64,000 bases of DNA from Eledone cirrhosa (GCA_964016885.1 OZ024743.1:246450001-246514000), one strand, 5' to 3'. Shown: positions 25,795 to 38,231, counted from the stretch's first letter. The notes: a model not told the origin generated them from the letters alone. Numbers and translations are program-made.

Positions 25795-25990
25795 TAACAG
25801 ATTAACGATTAAGCAAAGAATCGCTGCTTTCACCCTTAACGGGATCTTCTGAAAATAAAAAAATCAATCTGTGAACGCAGAAGTAAATATTTCGAAAAAC
25901 GTTGCAACCGAGGGAAAACAGGAAGACGATACTTTGATTCGTGAAGACGTTCCCTGGTAATGAACGGAAAAAAGTGAAGATAATACGTCA
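25790..25990 (-). mobile_element. Dispersed repeat ending at (TA)n, second copy at ~37746-37960, carrying a hammerhead-like motif
   Basis: aaaataacagattaa...gcaaagaatcgctgctttcacccttaacgggatcttctgaaa...gtgaagacgttccctgg.aatgaacggaaaa is shared between the two sites. Confidence 0.7.
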
Positions 25991-26226
25991 GCAATGAGAA
26001 CAATATTTGCTCTGGGGTTCTTATATATTTGATATATATTTATCCTTATCGAGGCCTCTTTGGTTTCCTTAGGTTTCAAGTTTCAGTTTTGGCCATCTCC
26101 ACGGACAGCACGGTGGTGCAGAATCTGTGGAGGAGCGATCAGAAATAATGAGTTCTGTTACACTAGATCGAACACCGTTAATCTTCTTCCTTTTTCCCAT
26201 CCATCCACACACACATACATGTATCT

Positions 26227-26249
<23 letters not shown>

Positions 26250-26292
<43 letters not shown>

Positions 26293-26316
26293 TTATATAT
26301 ATATATAAATATTATA

Positions 26317-26347
<31 letters not shown>

Positions 26348-26428
26348 ATATATTATATATATATATATTATATATATATATATATATTATAATATATATA
26401 TATATTATATATATATATATATATTATA

Positions 26429-26459
<31 letters not shown>

Positions 26460-26524
26460 ATATTATATATATATATATATATTATAATATATATATATAT
26501 ATATTATAATATATATATATATAT

Positions 26525-26572
<48 letters not shown>

Positions 26573-26584
26573 ATATATATATAT

Positions 26585-26644
<60 letters not shown>

Positions 26645-26658
26645 ATATATATATATAT

Positions 26659-26713
<55 letters not shown>
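26250..26713. repeat. Long (TA)n microsatellite with tattataat interruptions
   Basis: Seen directly in the sequence. Confidence 0.95.
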
Positions 26714-26716
<3 letters not shown>

Positions 26717-26717
<1 letters not shown>

Positions 26718-26782
26718 ATTTCATTATACATATTTCAGGGATACCATATTAAAAATATGGCATGCCTTCTTCAGATAAAATA
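26717..26782 (-). ncRNA. Type I hammerhead ribozyme
   Basis: Minus strand: UAUUUUAU-CUGAAGA-AGGCAUGCCAUAU-UUUUA-AUAUGGUAUCCCU-GAAA-UAUGUA-UA-AUGAAAUA. 8-bp stem I, 13-bp stem II with one mismatch, AUA triplet, directly abutting (TA)n. Confidence 0.85.
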
Positions 26783-28121
26783 CAATATATAAGCAGTTTT
26801 ATAAATAAATTTGACGTACCATAAAATATTGATCAACTTCCATTTAAAAAAGTTGGTTTGGTAGTGAAATGTTTGTAAATATTTAGTGTTGAGCACAGTT
26901 AGAAAGAAAGACGGAGAAAAGGAATAAATGTATGTAAAGAAAAACAGAGAGAGATAGAGAGAGATATGGGAGAGAGAAATGGGTGAGGAGGTGAAAAATG
27001 AGAGGCAGCTGAGGTAACAGATGAATAATAATAATCATCATACAAATTGAGAGATTTAGGAGGGAGGGAGTACTGTAATTATTTATTTATTTATTTATTT
27101 AGTTATAGTGTTAAGGAGACGGAGAGAAATAAAAAATAACTAAAGGGAAAACAGCGATACTTAAATTACATCATGTATAGAGGGAGGAGAAGAAAGCTAT
27201 ATCTAGAGAGAAGGATAACAGATTTACAACTTTACGTTATGTCCTATCAATTTGAATTATCAATTCATATGAATTGGGTATTATACTGTAAATATCAATA
27301 TTCATGAATGAGACATAGATATATAATGTGTGAAAAATAATGACCATATGTTTATTTAAAAATTCTTAGGTCGATATACCAAGACCTGAGATAAAACTTC
27401 AAAAATACATAAGTATATATGTACTTACCGGAAAAAGAAAGAAAGAGAAAAAGAGAAGGTCATCTCAAGTTCCAGTTGACACTATAGATATACACGTGAA
27501 CATACGTGATCAACTCTGTAATTTCTTATTTCACATGAAAAAATTTTCCTTTGCGTTATAAAAGATTTTACTATATATATATATATATACATACATACAC
27601 ATACATAAAAATATATATTAATATTAATATTCCTGCCCTCACATACATGATTATCGTTCATGTATAGAATAGACAACAGATATCAATATATCAAAACGCC
27701 AAGAATACTTTCATCACTCCCTAGAGTGTCTAGGGCCTTAAAAAAACACAGTATGCCCCCCATATCAACCACAGAAATCAACCCTTCCAATTTATCTGAC
27801 AATATATTGCCAAGTTCATTAGAAGCAATCAGAATCAAGAGCAAACAAAAAACCAAAATTATTCAACAAGACTTATTTAGCAGAAATCATTAAAAAGATT
27901 TAGGAGACCCTGTTGTTCTACAGATGCTCTTATATTTAGTATAGAAGTTTATCTAGCGTAAAATTTATTCAATAGATTGGGAGCATCAACATTTTAGGGT
28001 AGTTTAATTACATCATTAGTATATATTTATGAAGAAGGTTTAAAAAAGAAAAAGTTGAAGGAATCGAAAGATTTATCATCAGGTTTCATAATTAATTAAA
28101 TAAATATCTTAACTAAATATA

Positions 28122-28449
28122 CTACATTTTAAATTTATATTTATATTTAAACGTTGAGTTCAATCTATGTCTGCAGCAACTGAATAAATTGGTCCTTAGA
28201 TTAAGGGAATTTTTAGATTTTAATATAAAGAATATCTCCTCCACGCAGAGGTCACATGTCTCAGATGAGGAATTAAAAGGAATCCCTCTTGAGACTATAT
28301 TCCAAAACAACGAATATCCAACGTTATCATGTTTAAGTTGCCAGAGTAAGCCTGATAGTGAAGTTGAAGATTTTTTGCCTAGATCTGTGAAAGAATTCTT
28401 ATGATTATTATAGCGAAGTTTAAATTCTGTCGAGGTGGAACCAACATAG

Positions 28450-28451
<2 letters not shown>
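28122..28451 (-). pseudogene. Penelope-like (Naiad-type) GIY-YIG endonuclease C-terminal fragment
   Basis: NYVGSTSTEFKLRYNNHKNSF...LSGLLWQLK...WNIV...CDLCVEE...LNLRTNLFSCCRH, 5'-truncated at a (TA)n tract. Confidence 0.85.
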
Positions 28452-28529
<78 letters not shown>

Positions 28530-28605
28530 TGGCTTCTACAGGACTAGAACTGTTTCATTCGAAGGAAATCACCAGCAAAACCGCTATAAATATTTATACT
28601 CTGCT

Positions 28606-30064
28606 ATGTATTGAGTACCTATGGGTTCGTCGGATTCAGCTCAATTTACCGACTTGGTTGGAATTTTCATCTTGAACTCTTTAAACCGGAAAATTCCTCA
28701 ACTTCGCGGCGGAATTTATCGTGATGATGCTCTTTTTACTGTCTCTAATTGTAACAAAGTAAACTTTAATATTATTAAGAAAAATATACTTCTTCTATTT
28801 AAGCATCTTAACTTAAAAATTGAATTCGAGAATAATGATAAATTAGCAAATTTCTTTGATATATCCCTTAATAGATACTGGTCTATATTACCCATATCAT
28901 AAGGATAATGAGAATCTAAATTACGTTAACTTTAAATCTAACCACCTTAACAATGTTAAAACTGCTATAGTCAGAAGTGTAGAAAAAAGAATTTCTAATT
29001 TATCCTCTAATAAAGATATCTTCGAAGCTAATGCCAACTATTATAATAATGCGCTATCAAGGGCTGGATATCCAGACAAAATTAGATATACTAAGGAAAC
29101 TAATCTTGGCAGAGCTTATAGTAACTATAGTAATGTAGCTAGTAATAATCATACCACTAACAAAAGGAGGAGACCTAGATATAAAAATATCCTTTGGTAC
29201 AACGTTCCCTTCTCTTTTTCCGTTATTAGTAATATCCCTAAATTATTTTTTAGGGCTTTATATAACAGCTTCCCTCCTTCACATATATAGAGCAAGATTT
29301 TCAATAAGCATACTATTAAATTCTCATATTCCACTACTTCCAACATTTCTAAAATTATCTCAAGACATAATTCTAAAATATTAAATAATAACTCATATGC
29401 ATCCAACCATGAGAGTCATAATAATAACACTATAAGGCCCGACGTCAATGTAAACTCTAGGCAAAATAACACAAATATAAATACGACGTCAAACGTAACT
29501 TTGAGGAATACATAAAAAAGTAATGTAAATCTGGAAACTGTAGCACCTCCTTTAGTTAATTCCACCACTCCAGTTCTTAATATAATTAATCCTGGGCCAC
29601 TTGCAAATAACTCTGTAAATAATCTTAATCGTAAATGCAACTGCCCTATTAGAACTAATTGTCCTCTTAGTAATTTCTGTCTCGATAAAAACCTAGTATA
29701 CGAATGTAAAGTTGTAACTAGTACCAATACCTATACATACATTGGCTCTACTTCTACCTCTTTTAAAGCAAGATTCTATAATCATTCTTCTACATTTAAA
29801 TATCCACCTAAAACGAGCAACACCGCAGTCTCAGAACTGATTTGGTCCTTAAAAGACAAAAACATTAATTACGAAATTTCTTGGCGTAAAATCGACAACG
29901 CTTCTCCATACTCCAATGCTTCCATATCTAGTGTTTGTAATTTACGTCTAGTTGAAAAATTTACCATTATCTCGAATTTCAACTCAATAATAAATAGAAG
30001 AACAGATTTATTTGGTCTTTGTAATCATAAATCCTTCAAAACCTTTCACAAAGTATATAGCTAA
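28606..30064 (+). pseudogene. Penelope-like (Naiad-type) RT plus GIY-YIG ORF, 5'-truncated, with stops and a frameshift
   Basis: VPMGSSDSAQFTDLVG, GIYRDD, ILWYNVPFS, KIFNKHTIKFSYS, linker CNCPIRTNCPLSNFC, NLVYEC...YTYIGSTSTSFKARFYNH, CNL.LVEK...CNHK. The 3' UTR runs to (TA)n at ~30651. Confidence 0.9.
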
Positions 30065-30650
30065 TGTCCTATAACATATTCCACGAATAACGGTTAATTT
30101 TTTACACATATTTTTTACACATATTTCCTTATATTTTACAATGAATTAATTTAGTTTTCTCAGCCTTTCACCTTTTTTCTATAGCCTTAAATTTTCGTTC
30201 AAACCTTCGTAGATTTTGTAAACGAATTATGACGTCATATGTTTTTCTACGTTTATAAATCATTCTAGCAATTTCCTTTACTTACTTGTTGATATGAAAT
30301 AATAATTAAATAGTATACCCCACATATATAGATTTTTAATAGAAATATTTAATTTTTACATAGACTATTTTTATTTTTTTGATTGTATTTTATTTTATTT
30401 AAAAACCTTTTTCTCTCGTCCACGATTTCACAGAACTTATATTCATCGATTTCTGGGACTTGACTCCTTCCTCCTCACTTTTCGTTGCATTACCATCTTT
30501 GATTGTTTACAGTCTCGCTCGTTCCCCTTATTTACGTGTCCCAACGACTTTCTTTAGCTGTTGCTCGCACCAACCGGAGGTATATGGTCTTTAAAGCGAT
30601 GAAATACCAATGAAGGTTGGAAGATCACTGATGAAGGACTAAATTTATTC

Positions 30651-30683
<33 letters not shown>

Positions 30684-30806
30684 ATGTATGAGGTTAGTTT
30701 TATTGTAGCACAATAAAGCAACGCAAATATCGGATAAGTAGCACTGAACAGTTTATAGGACTGGAGTATAAATATATAATCAAAAGATGGTTAAAAGAGT
30801 TCCATG

Positions 30807-30877
30807 TATTTTATTATGCGCATTTCAAAAACAAATATCATCATGGGATGATATTTGCGTTCTCATCAGATAAAATA
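30807..30877 (-). ncRNA. Type I hammerhead ribozyme (best-formed copy)
   Basis: Minus strand: UAUUUUAU-CUGAUGA-GAACGCAAAUAUCAUC-CCAU-GAUGAUAUUUGUUUUU-GAAA-UGCGCA-UA-AUAAAAUA. Perfect 8-bp stem I and palindromic UGCGCA in stem III. Confidence 0.9.
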
Positions 30878-30940
30878 GGGAGACATTATATGAAGCTTAA
30901 AAAACACTTGCGAGCAGTGAAATGTTAAATCAACATATAT

Positions 30941-31757
30941 GCTCCGATAGATATGTAATAGTAATATACACGAACGGCAAAGCATAAACGAATTGAGAGA
31001 GAGACTAGGCATAAGAGGAATCAAATGCTGTGTGTAGGAGAGGCGGTTGCATTGGTATGGACATGTGATGCGCATGAAGGATGACAGCTGCATAAAAAGG
31101 TGCAGAGCACTAAAAGTTGATGGATGCCTTGGAGTGGGGAAACCCAAGAAGACCTGGGATGAGGTGATAAAAGCTGACTTGCCTAATTGCACCTCTCAAA
31201 GGTGATGACACAGGACTGAGACCTTTGGCTTTACGCAGTAATACAGAAGACCCGACTTCCCATGGGTACAAGCCGAAACTGAAGCATCTAGACAGTAGCC
31301 CACCCCTTTCCACTGTAAAGTGGTCGTGTAGGTGCCACGGTAAAAAAGCACCCAGTATTCACTGTAAATGAGGTTGGTGTTAGGAAGAGCATCCAGCTGT
31401 AGAAATCGAGCCAGAAACAGTTCTGTATGAGCAAGACATGGTTACCTCACCTGGCATTGTCCACAACAGGACAGCACGTCTAACCCATGCTAGCGTGGAA
31501 GAATGGATGTAAAATAGAGATGGTGATAATGATGATGATGACATCACTACATGGCATTAACAACAACAGCGACAATGATTTTACTACATCAAAACAACAA
31601 AAACAGCACCAATGATTTCACTGCATCACAGTAACAACAACAACAACAATAAGGTCACTACATCACAACAACAACAACAAAATTGACCTAACTACATTAC
31701 AGTAAGAAGAATAACAACAACAACGACCTCACAACATCACAACAAAAACAGCACCAA
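30941..31757 (+). mobile_element. RTE LINE 3' end plus ~210 bp of satellite-edge sequence; inverted paralogue of ~9870-10675
   Basis: Near-identical reverse complement including the (GAT)n tail and the downstream flank gacatcactacatggcattaacaacaacagcg... Confidence 0.9.
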
Positions 31758-32056
31758 TGTTGAAAATAGATTTCTATTTTCAACATATATATATGTGTAT
31801 TTGTGATTATACATACACTAATATGTTTGCCCTAATGTATGTACTTACGCACATATTTTTTCACTATACACATGCAGTTGTACATACACACACATGTACA
31901 TATGTATGTGCATATACACACATTTACACACATCCCCTTACTATATTTCTATATTTTTATTTTTAATACATTTCTTTTATTATTACTTTTATTTATTTTT
32001 TGCCCGTTAAACTTTTAGCCTTTCTTGAAATTTTTCAAATATTTCACTATGTTTTA

Positions 32057-32134
32057 AATTGCCTTGTCTGACGAACGAATGCGGACGTTTATTGTATTCG
32101 TCTTATTCGGGAAACATCTGGTAATGAGGTAATT
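32057..32134 (+). ncRNA. Type I hammerhead ribozyme (slightly decayed)
   Basis: AAUUGCCUUGU-CUGACGA-ACGAAU...AUUCGG-GAAAC-AUCUG-GUA-AUGAGGUAAUU. 11-bp stem I with G-U pairs, ~100 nt upstream of (TA)n. Confidence 0.7.
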
Positions 32135-32228
32135 ATAGTGTATTGTTTATTATACATTAAATATTTAGCTCTGTAACTTACATAGAGCACTCTTCATTCC
32201 TCTGACTTTTTCAACGGAAACTTCAACA

Positions 32229-32356
<128 letters not shown>

Positions 32357-32499
32357 CCGAAAGGTGTGAAAGGAACAATTAATGCTTAAAAGAGCATACT
32401 GTATATATACCTTTCAGTATCTCTTTATGTATCTACCCATTAACCCACTTATGCATCTATCTAATTCTCTCCCCGGCGCCCTACTGAATGAATAATTTT

Positions 32500-35480
32500 A
32501 TTCACAGTTGTATAAATAACATTACAAATTGTTCCAAATTCTTTCAGAACAAAAATATAAACACATAATAAATACAATTAACTATGAATACAACACACCG
32601 AAATATACAATCAAAGTGAGAGAAAGAAAAAAAGGGAAACAAAACAAGAACGACCATCAATTCACTACCAAGTGTGACAATCGGCAGCACATCATATTTA
32701 TTTACTCGAGCAAGGATCCGCTTAATGATCCAGTGTGACGGACGAAACTACCAGCATTCAGGCAGCAGGAAAAACCATGGAGGCCTGTGGAGTCAAAGGA
32801 ACTACCATAGTGACATCTTAGGCCCCAACAAACATCGGCTCCCACTCTGTGTGCAATGGTGATGCGAAGCTCGTCCTGACTGAGAAAACCACCAATGTTG
32901 ACCACAGTTAGGGCATCAATCCATTCCCAGAGAACTTTGCACTTACAGAAAGTAAGCGGCACCTAGAAAATTGATCAGAATGATCAAAGAGAGAGTTAAA
33001 AGTTTCACTCGAATGCAGATTGTCCCTTACTCTTTGTTTCCGTCTATCCTTGTCAGCATCAGGAACTGACAGACCCAGCTCTCTCCACTGTAGTAAAGCT
33101 TCACCCATCTCCCTGGTGGAACTAATCCAAGTTTGGAAGGAGAGGATGTCAACTACCAAAGGGGAGCAAGCCTGGATGGAGGAAAGAAAGCAAGGTAAGA
33201 CAAAGAGGGGTATTTACGCAGACCGAGATCTCCAAACCGTTTGAGCAAGGCAGCCTGGTCGCAGGACTCTGGAGAGAGTCGGGCATTGATCAGGCCCTCG
33301 AGCTCACTGAATCGTCAAAGCGTTGGAAAGACGACGAGGATCTGTAAGAGGGACTAACTCTGAGGAAATATAACTTGGGAATTGACATGTAATTTCTAAG
33401 TATAAAATAACTTTAATGAGGCTCAATAGCCTCGAGGTTTTTAAAAAGTTGCTTGAGGTTAACCAACTTAGATCGAATGATGTACTCGAAGGCTGGGTCA
33501 GTAATTGGGGCTCCAAGCGAACACCATGCTGATGAGGGAGGAACTGTGATAGAAGGGAAGGATTCTAAACAGGTTTACTGTTTGCTGATGTGAAGCTGGG
33601 TGGTTGAGGGGCCAGAGCTCGCATCTGGGCCTGTTGACGTGAAGACGCCCTACGACCCAGTTCCTCATTCACCGTCTTCGCGGTTACAAAGACCTTATCT
33701 GGAGAGCCCCACCAAACAAGCATCATCCAGATGACCTTCAAATCCAGGTCAGCTCCCATCTTGGTAACGTCATCAATGCCCAATGCTGAAAGAGCAGGTT
33801 TGAACGGGTCACCCTTTTGTACCCCTGGGGCAGATAGGATGAAATGGTCACAGAAGGAGAGGTAAGAGGGCTCACGATAGGCTTGCCATGCAGAGTAAAG
33901 CTGAGAGGCCCTCCCCTTTACTGAATGGAGGATGATATCCCGACTAATGGAATTGAAAGCATTCCTAATATCTAGCTTGAGGATAAAGTTGATAAATGCT
34001 CTGGTGGCATGAGCGGCAACCACGCCGCCTAGCTTGGTACCCATATCTAGCTGAATAGGAGAAAATTCGGCGGACAGGCAGTTAGAAATCGAGATCAGAC
34101 ATACTTTCGCAGTGAGTCGTAGCAGTGTACACCCAACTACTATGGGACGTAGGTCACCGTTGGGATTTGTGAAGCCGAATTGTTTAGCCCCAAAGAACAG
34201 GAGGCGAATATAAGGGAGGACACTCTCGGACGAGAAGAGGTTAATGAACTGGGTGAGGTTCTCCAAAAGCTCAAGGCCGGCATCTTCGGCCGACAAGGAA
34301 ACACCATCCTTGATGTGCTGAAGTCGTAGACCATCAATCAGACCTGTCAACCTCTAAAAACCCAAACGGGGAGAACCATGAAAAAAAAGTGCCCCCAAAA
34401 CGGGGAGAAATGAAGCAGCAAAATGGGGAGATTTTACATAATGAAAGCTATACCCATTTTCACAAGAGAAGACATCGCTCACCTACCCCAAAGTGGGTGG
34501 GAGATCTCCCCGTCGGATGGTGAGAGTTGACAGGTCTGCATCAATCCATGCGCCAGAATCCACGTGAAATGAATAATCGCCTTCCTGGCGTTATCTGGGG
34601 TGAAGATAGGTTGTAAATAATCTGGTAGATCGGACCAGTGTAAGTGGTCATCTGGAGGGGCCAGAGTATGTATCTCCTTCAGTCGGTTGAGTGGGTGAGG
34701 GAGGACAAAGAGGAGAGAGGCGAACAGCCCCTTTAATGTCAAATTCATTGAATTTGGCGTTGACGGCCAAGTTTGGTAATCGTCCATTGATCAAATCTGA
34801 GTTGATTACTTGCCTGAGGTGAGCAGTAGTTGGAGTGGAATCAAATAGCTCGAACTGCCGTTTTAGGGAAGATGTGAGGGATCCGGATTTCGTGTTGGAC
34901 ACGTGGGGAGAAACTAGAAGGAACAAGAATAATTTCTGCCAATCCGAGATTGAAGTGGCATTGGTTACACGTCCAGTTTGAGAAACTTTCGACTTGAATC
35001 TTAGTAATGCCAACGCAGCTCCTGTGATAGCTTAGGCTACATATGAGACATTCGATGGTCTTAAAATATCGATTTCTACGGGAACAAAGAGCACAGTTTG
35101 GTGGTGAATTGGCAATATCAGATTGGTCGGCATTAGAATTAGGATTCAGACCGAGTGAACAGCATTAACTCTACAGTGTGGCTCGGTTTGGGGGGGGGGG
35201 GGGTATTAGGTGGCGTTGGAGGCAAGCTAGCTGTTACGGGAGTGGTGTGGTGAATAAAGGGATGAACAGGGCTAATTTCGACTGAATCGGACAATAGAGG
35301 GGAAGGGAAGAGATAGGGGATACAAGTTAGCTCTCTGGAATGAGGTGGGGCGACGGGAGGATGAAGGCTGATAGAATGTTACGAAATCCTTTAACCATGC
35401 GGGTCTCTTAGTCACTCGGTATATGACCTTAAAATGATTTAGATTTAAATCTAAATGGTGACATTTTTTAAAAACCAACC
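32500..35480 (-). mobile_element. CRE-clade non-LTR retrotransposon, decayed (RT plus Cys/His knuckle; endonuclease core apparently deleted)
   Basis: GIDGLRLQHIKD, GDLRPIVVGCTLLRLTAK, KLDIRNAFNSISR, GVQKGDP, and ELRITIAHRVG..VC...RCHYG...LHGFSC...RH. Homologous to 38983-42030. Outer boundaries are approximate. Confidence 0.82.
34339..34538. mobile_element. 200-bp MITE inserted in the CRE element
   Basis: Perfect 13-bp TIR CAGACCTGTCAAC/GTTGACAGGTCTG and 7-bp TSD CATCAAT. Removing it rejoins the IDGLR motif of the CRE ORF. Confidence 0.9.
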
Positions 35481-36184
35481 ATCAATGTTAAATCTATCAT
35501 CGGATGGGCATGTAAAAGGAATGCATGGACTGCACGGGAAAAGGGGTTGGGAGCGAGCTAAAACAGAGAAATGAAATGTGTTTATGGGGAAATGTATGCA
35601 AGATGTTGAGATGAATGTTGTGTGTGTGTAAACATTTAAATCAGTAAATTAAATAATAGTGTAAAAACAATTCAAAAATAGAACAGTGGGACACTAAAAC
35701 ACCGAAGAGAGGTTGTTGAAACTGAAAAAGGAATTTGGTGATGTACGAAAAACGAGGAAATGCGTGTGAGATGTTGAGATGGATGTTATGTCTGTGTAAA
35801 CTTTTAAAACAGTAAATTCGATAAAACTGCTAAAATAGAGCCATGAGATATTAAAATATTGAAGAGAGGAAGCTGAAACTGAAGAAAGAATCTTGACGTG
35901 TGCCAAAAACTGGAGGAAAAAATATATATATAATGCATTCACTAAACACGTATTATGAGTAATTAAAATAGTAAACTGAAACTTCGATCTCTCAATCCGA
36001 ATATATATTTCTTTTCGGAACTCGACTCCGTTCAGTTCCGAATTGGCATTAAACTGGGACTTGAAGCAGCTGTCCAAAGAGTCCTTTTCCAATTCAAGAT
36101 GGTATGATGTGACCTGAAATAAATTTGGCTGCTATTTCCAACAGGTCAAGCAGCCGCTTAGAGGTTTTCACTCCTTCACTCGAA

Positions 36185-36480
36185 GCAAACATGGATCTGT
36201 CGAGACGTTTGGGGGGAGTCGGGCCGCTAACTGCGAGGTTCTTATCTTCACTGACGGCTCGGCTAACAGAGATAACTGGTGATACTCGTGAGGGCACTTG
36301 GCTATTCCAGCGCATCAGCCTCGCCATCACCCGAGGTAACGCTGCGAGCGTGCTGGCTTGCCTAAAAAATTATTAGAGGTTTCCCAGTGCTCCTCGCGAT
36401 ACTGTTATCTTTTATTCTGGTAGCGGCTCGTTTCTCCACTCCTTTCGCCTGCCATTTGTACTATGTGGTCCTAGATGTGT
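36185..36480 (+). mobile_element. 3'-terminal fragment of a CRE-clade element
   Basis: LGGVGPLTARFL....RLTEITGDTREGTWLFQRISLAITRGNAASVL matches the C-terminus of ORF 38983..39672 (WLFQCVSLAVLRGNAFSIL). Confidence 0.75.
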
Positions 36481-37407
36481 TTATTACCTGCTTATGTGTT
36501 TTTTCTCTTTCTTTTTTCCTTTTTCCTTTGTATATATATTTGTTTTGTTTTTTCGTTCTGTAAGCATTATATTATTATATTCCCCCTCACTCACTCACAA
36601 AATTCCCCTCTCTCACTAGACCACCAAATTCTCTCCCACTCTCTATATCCCACTACATACTTCACTCTCTCTCACTCTCACAATACCCCTTCTCTTACTA
36701 GGTCAATAAACTCTCTCCCCCTCTCTATAACCCACTACATACTTCACACTCTTTCACAATTCCCTCTCTCTCACTAGACAACTAAATACCCCCCCCCCCC
36801 CTCCAAATTTCACGCTCTTTCACTATACCAAGAAATTCTCTCTCGCTCTCTATATCCCACTACACGCCTCACTCTCTCTCACAATTCCCCCTCTCACTAG
36901 ACCACCAAATTCTCTTCCCCTCTCTATCCCACTACAATATTTTTTGCTTTGAAACAACAAATGTTTTCGTCTTCTGTAAAGAACGACAACGTTCTCCATC
37001 CCCTCCCCCAACTTTTGAATCCCTGTGGTGTGTTTTGTTGAATTATTTGACAGGAGTTTAAAATATGTGGTGGTGGAGGGTGGTGGTGGTGTTGGTAGTT
37101 GTGGTGTAGAGGATGGTGGTGGCGGTAATGTGGTGTTGTTGGTGGTGTTTGTTTATTTTGAATCTATACTACTAAAACACTGAGATTGTGTGCTTGTCTG
37201 TTATTTAATACAGCCAAAACGGCGCATAATTGGAAATACTTTGAAAGGAAGTTGCCCCTGAAATGGGAATACAAATTGAATAAAACAAGTTTCGCGTAAA
37301 TCGGAGCAAAGGTTCCCGAGATACGGGGTTTATATATATATATATATATATATGTGTGTGGGGGGGGGTGTAAAAGGTAAACAGAAATAACAGCACTACA
37401 GTATATG

Positions 37408-37467
<60 letters not shown>

Positions 37468-37763
37468 GCAAGTTTGAAGAACTATTAGATAAAATATATA
37501 CAATCTTTCCTCTCCCTAGTCCGTAGAAATCAACTACATAAATAATCATTTAAACGAGACTATAAGTTTAAAATTTAACTATGAAGAAATAATAGAAAAA
37601 TGATACAGATTCATTTGCCATCGTTCTTGTCAATGCTCCGTTTAGTTGGTATTTGTTGGTCTACAGTTAGATGAATGGCGCACAAAGGGTTAATGTTTAT
37701 TGGCAAGAAGTGCAACTGGGCTGGCTTGCCTCGCTTATATTATATATTAAAATAACAGATTAA

Positions 37764-37814
37764 AGTTTAAGCAAAGAATCGCTGCTTTCACCCTTAACGG
37801 GATCTTCTGAAACT
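37764..37814 (-). ncRNA. Hammerhead-like motif with variant core (CAGAAGA, CUU triplet)
   Basis: Minus strand: AGUUU-CAGAAGA-UCCC-GUUAA-GGGU-GAAA-GCAG-CGAUUCU-UUGC-UU-AAACU. All three stems form, but position U4 is A. Confidence 0.45.
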
Positions 37815-38231
37815 AAAAAAATCAATCTGTGAACGCAGAAGTAAATATTTCGAAAAACGTTGCAACCGAAGGAAAAAAATATTACAACCGAAGGAAAACA
37901 GGCAGACGATACTTTGGTTCGTGAAGACGTTCCCTGGCAATGAACGGAAAATAGCGAACATATTATGTCATCATCAATGTTTGTCAGAATGTCGTAATGC
38001 AGACAGGCCAGGCATACAGACATATATTATAAGGGCGCGACGGAGATGGATAACCGGCGCCTAACACCCCTTTAACAACAGAAAATTGAAAAATAAAAGC
38101 TGCAGTTAATATCTTTAGACCACAAAAAATATATAAATGCAAGTTTGAAGTCAATCGGAGTAGAAATGTGGATTTGTATAGACTTTGCAAAAATGAGGAC
38201 ACACACACACACAGACAACTACAGTTTTATA

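Noticed and set aside
28606-30064. Selenocysteine (UGA) recoding as reported for some Naiad elements
   Set aside because: The internal stops are TAG (29288) and TAA (~29513). The only in-frame TGA seen (28612) is at the truncation edge and not at a Cys position, and no SECIS was recognised.
30600-30650. CTGATGA near the 3' end of the plus-strand Penelope element
   Set aside because: No downstream stem II or GAAA before (TA)n begins. At most a truncated hammerhead.
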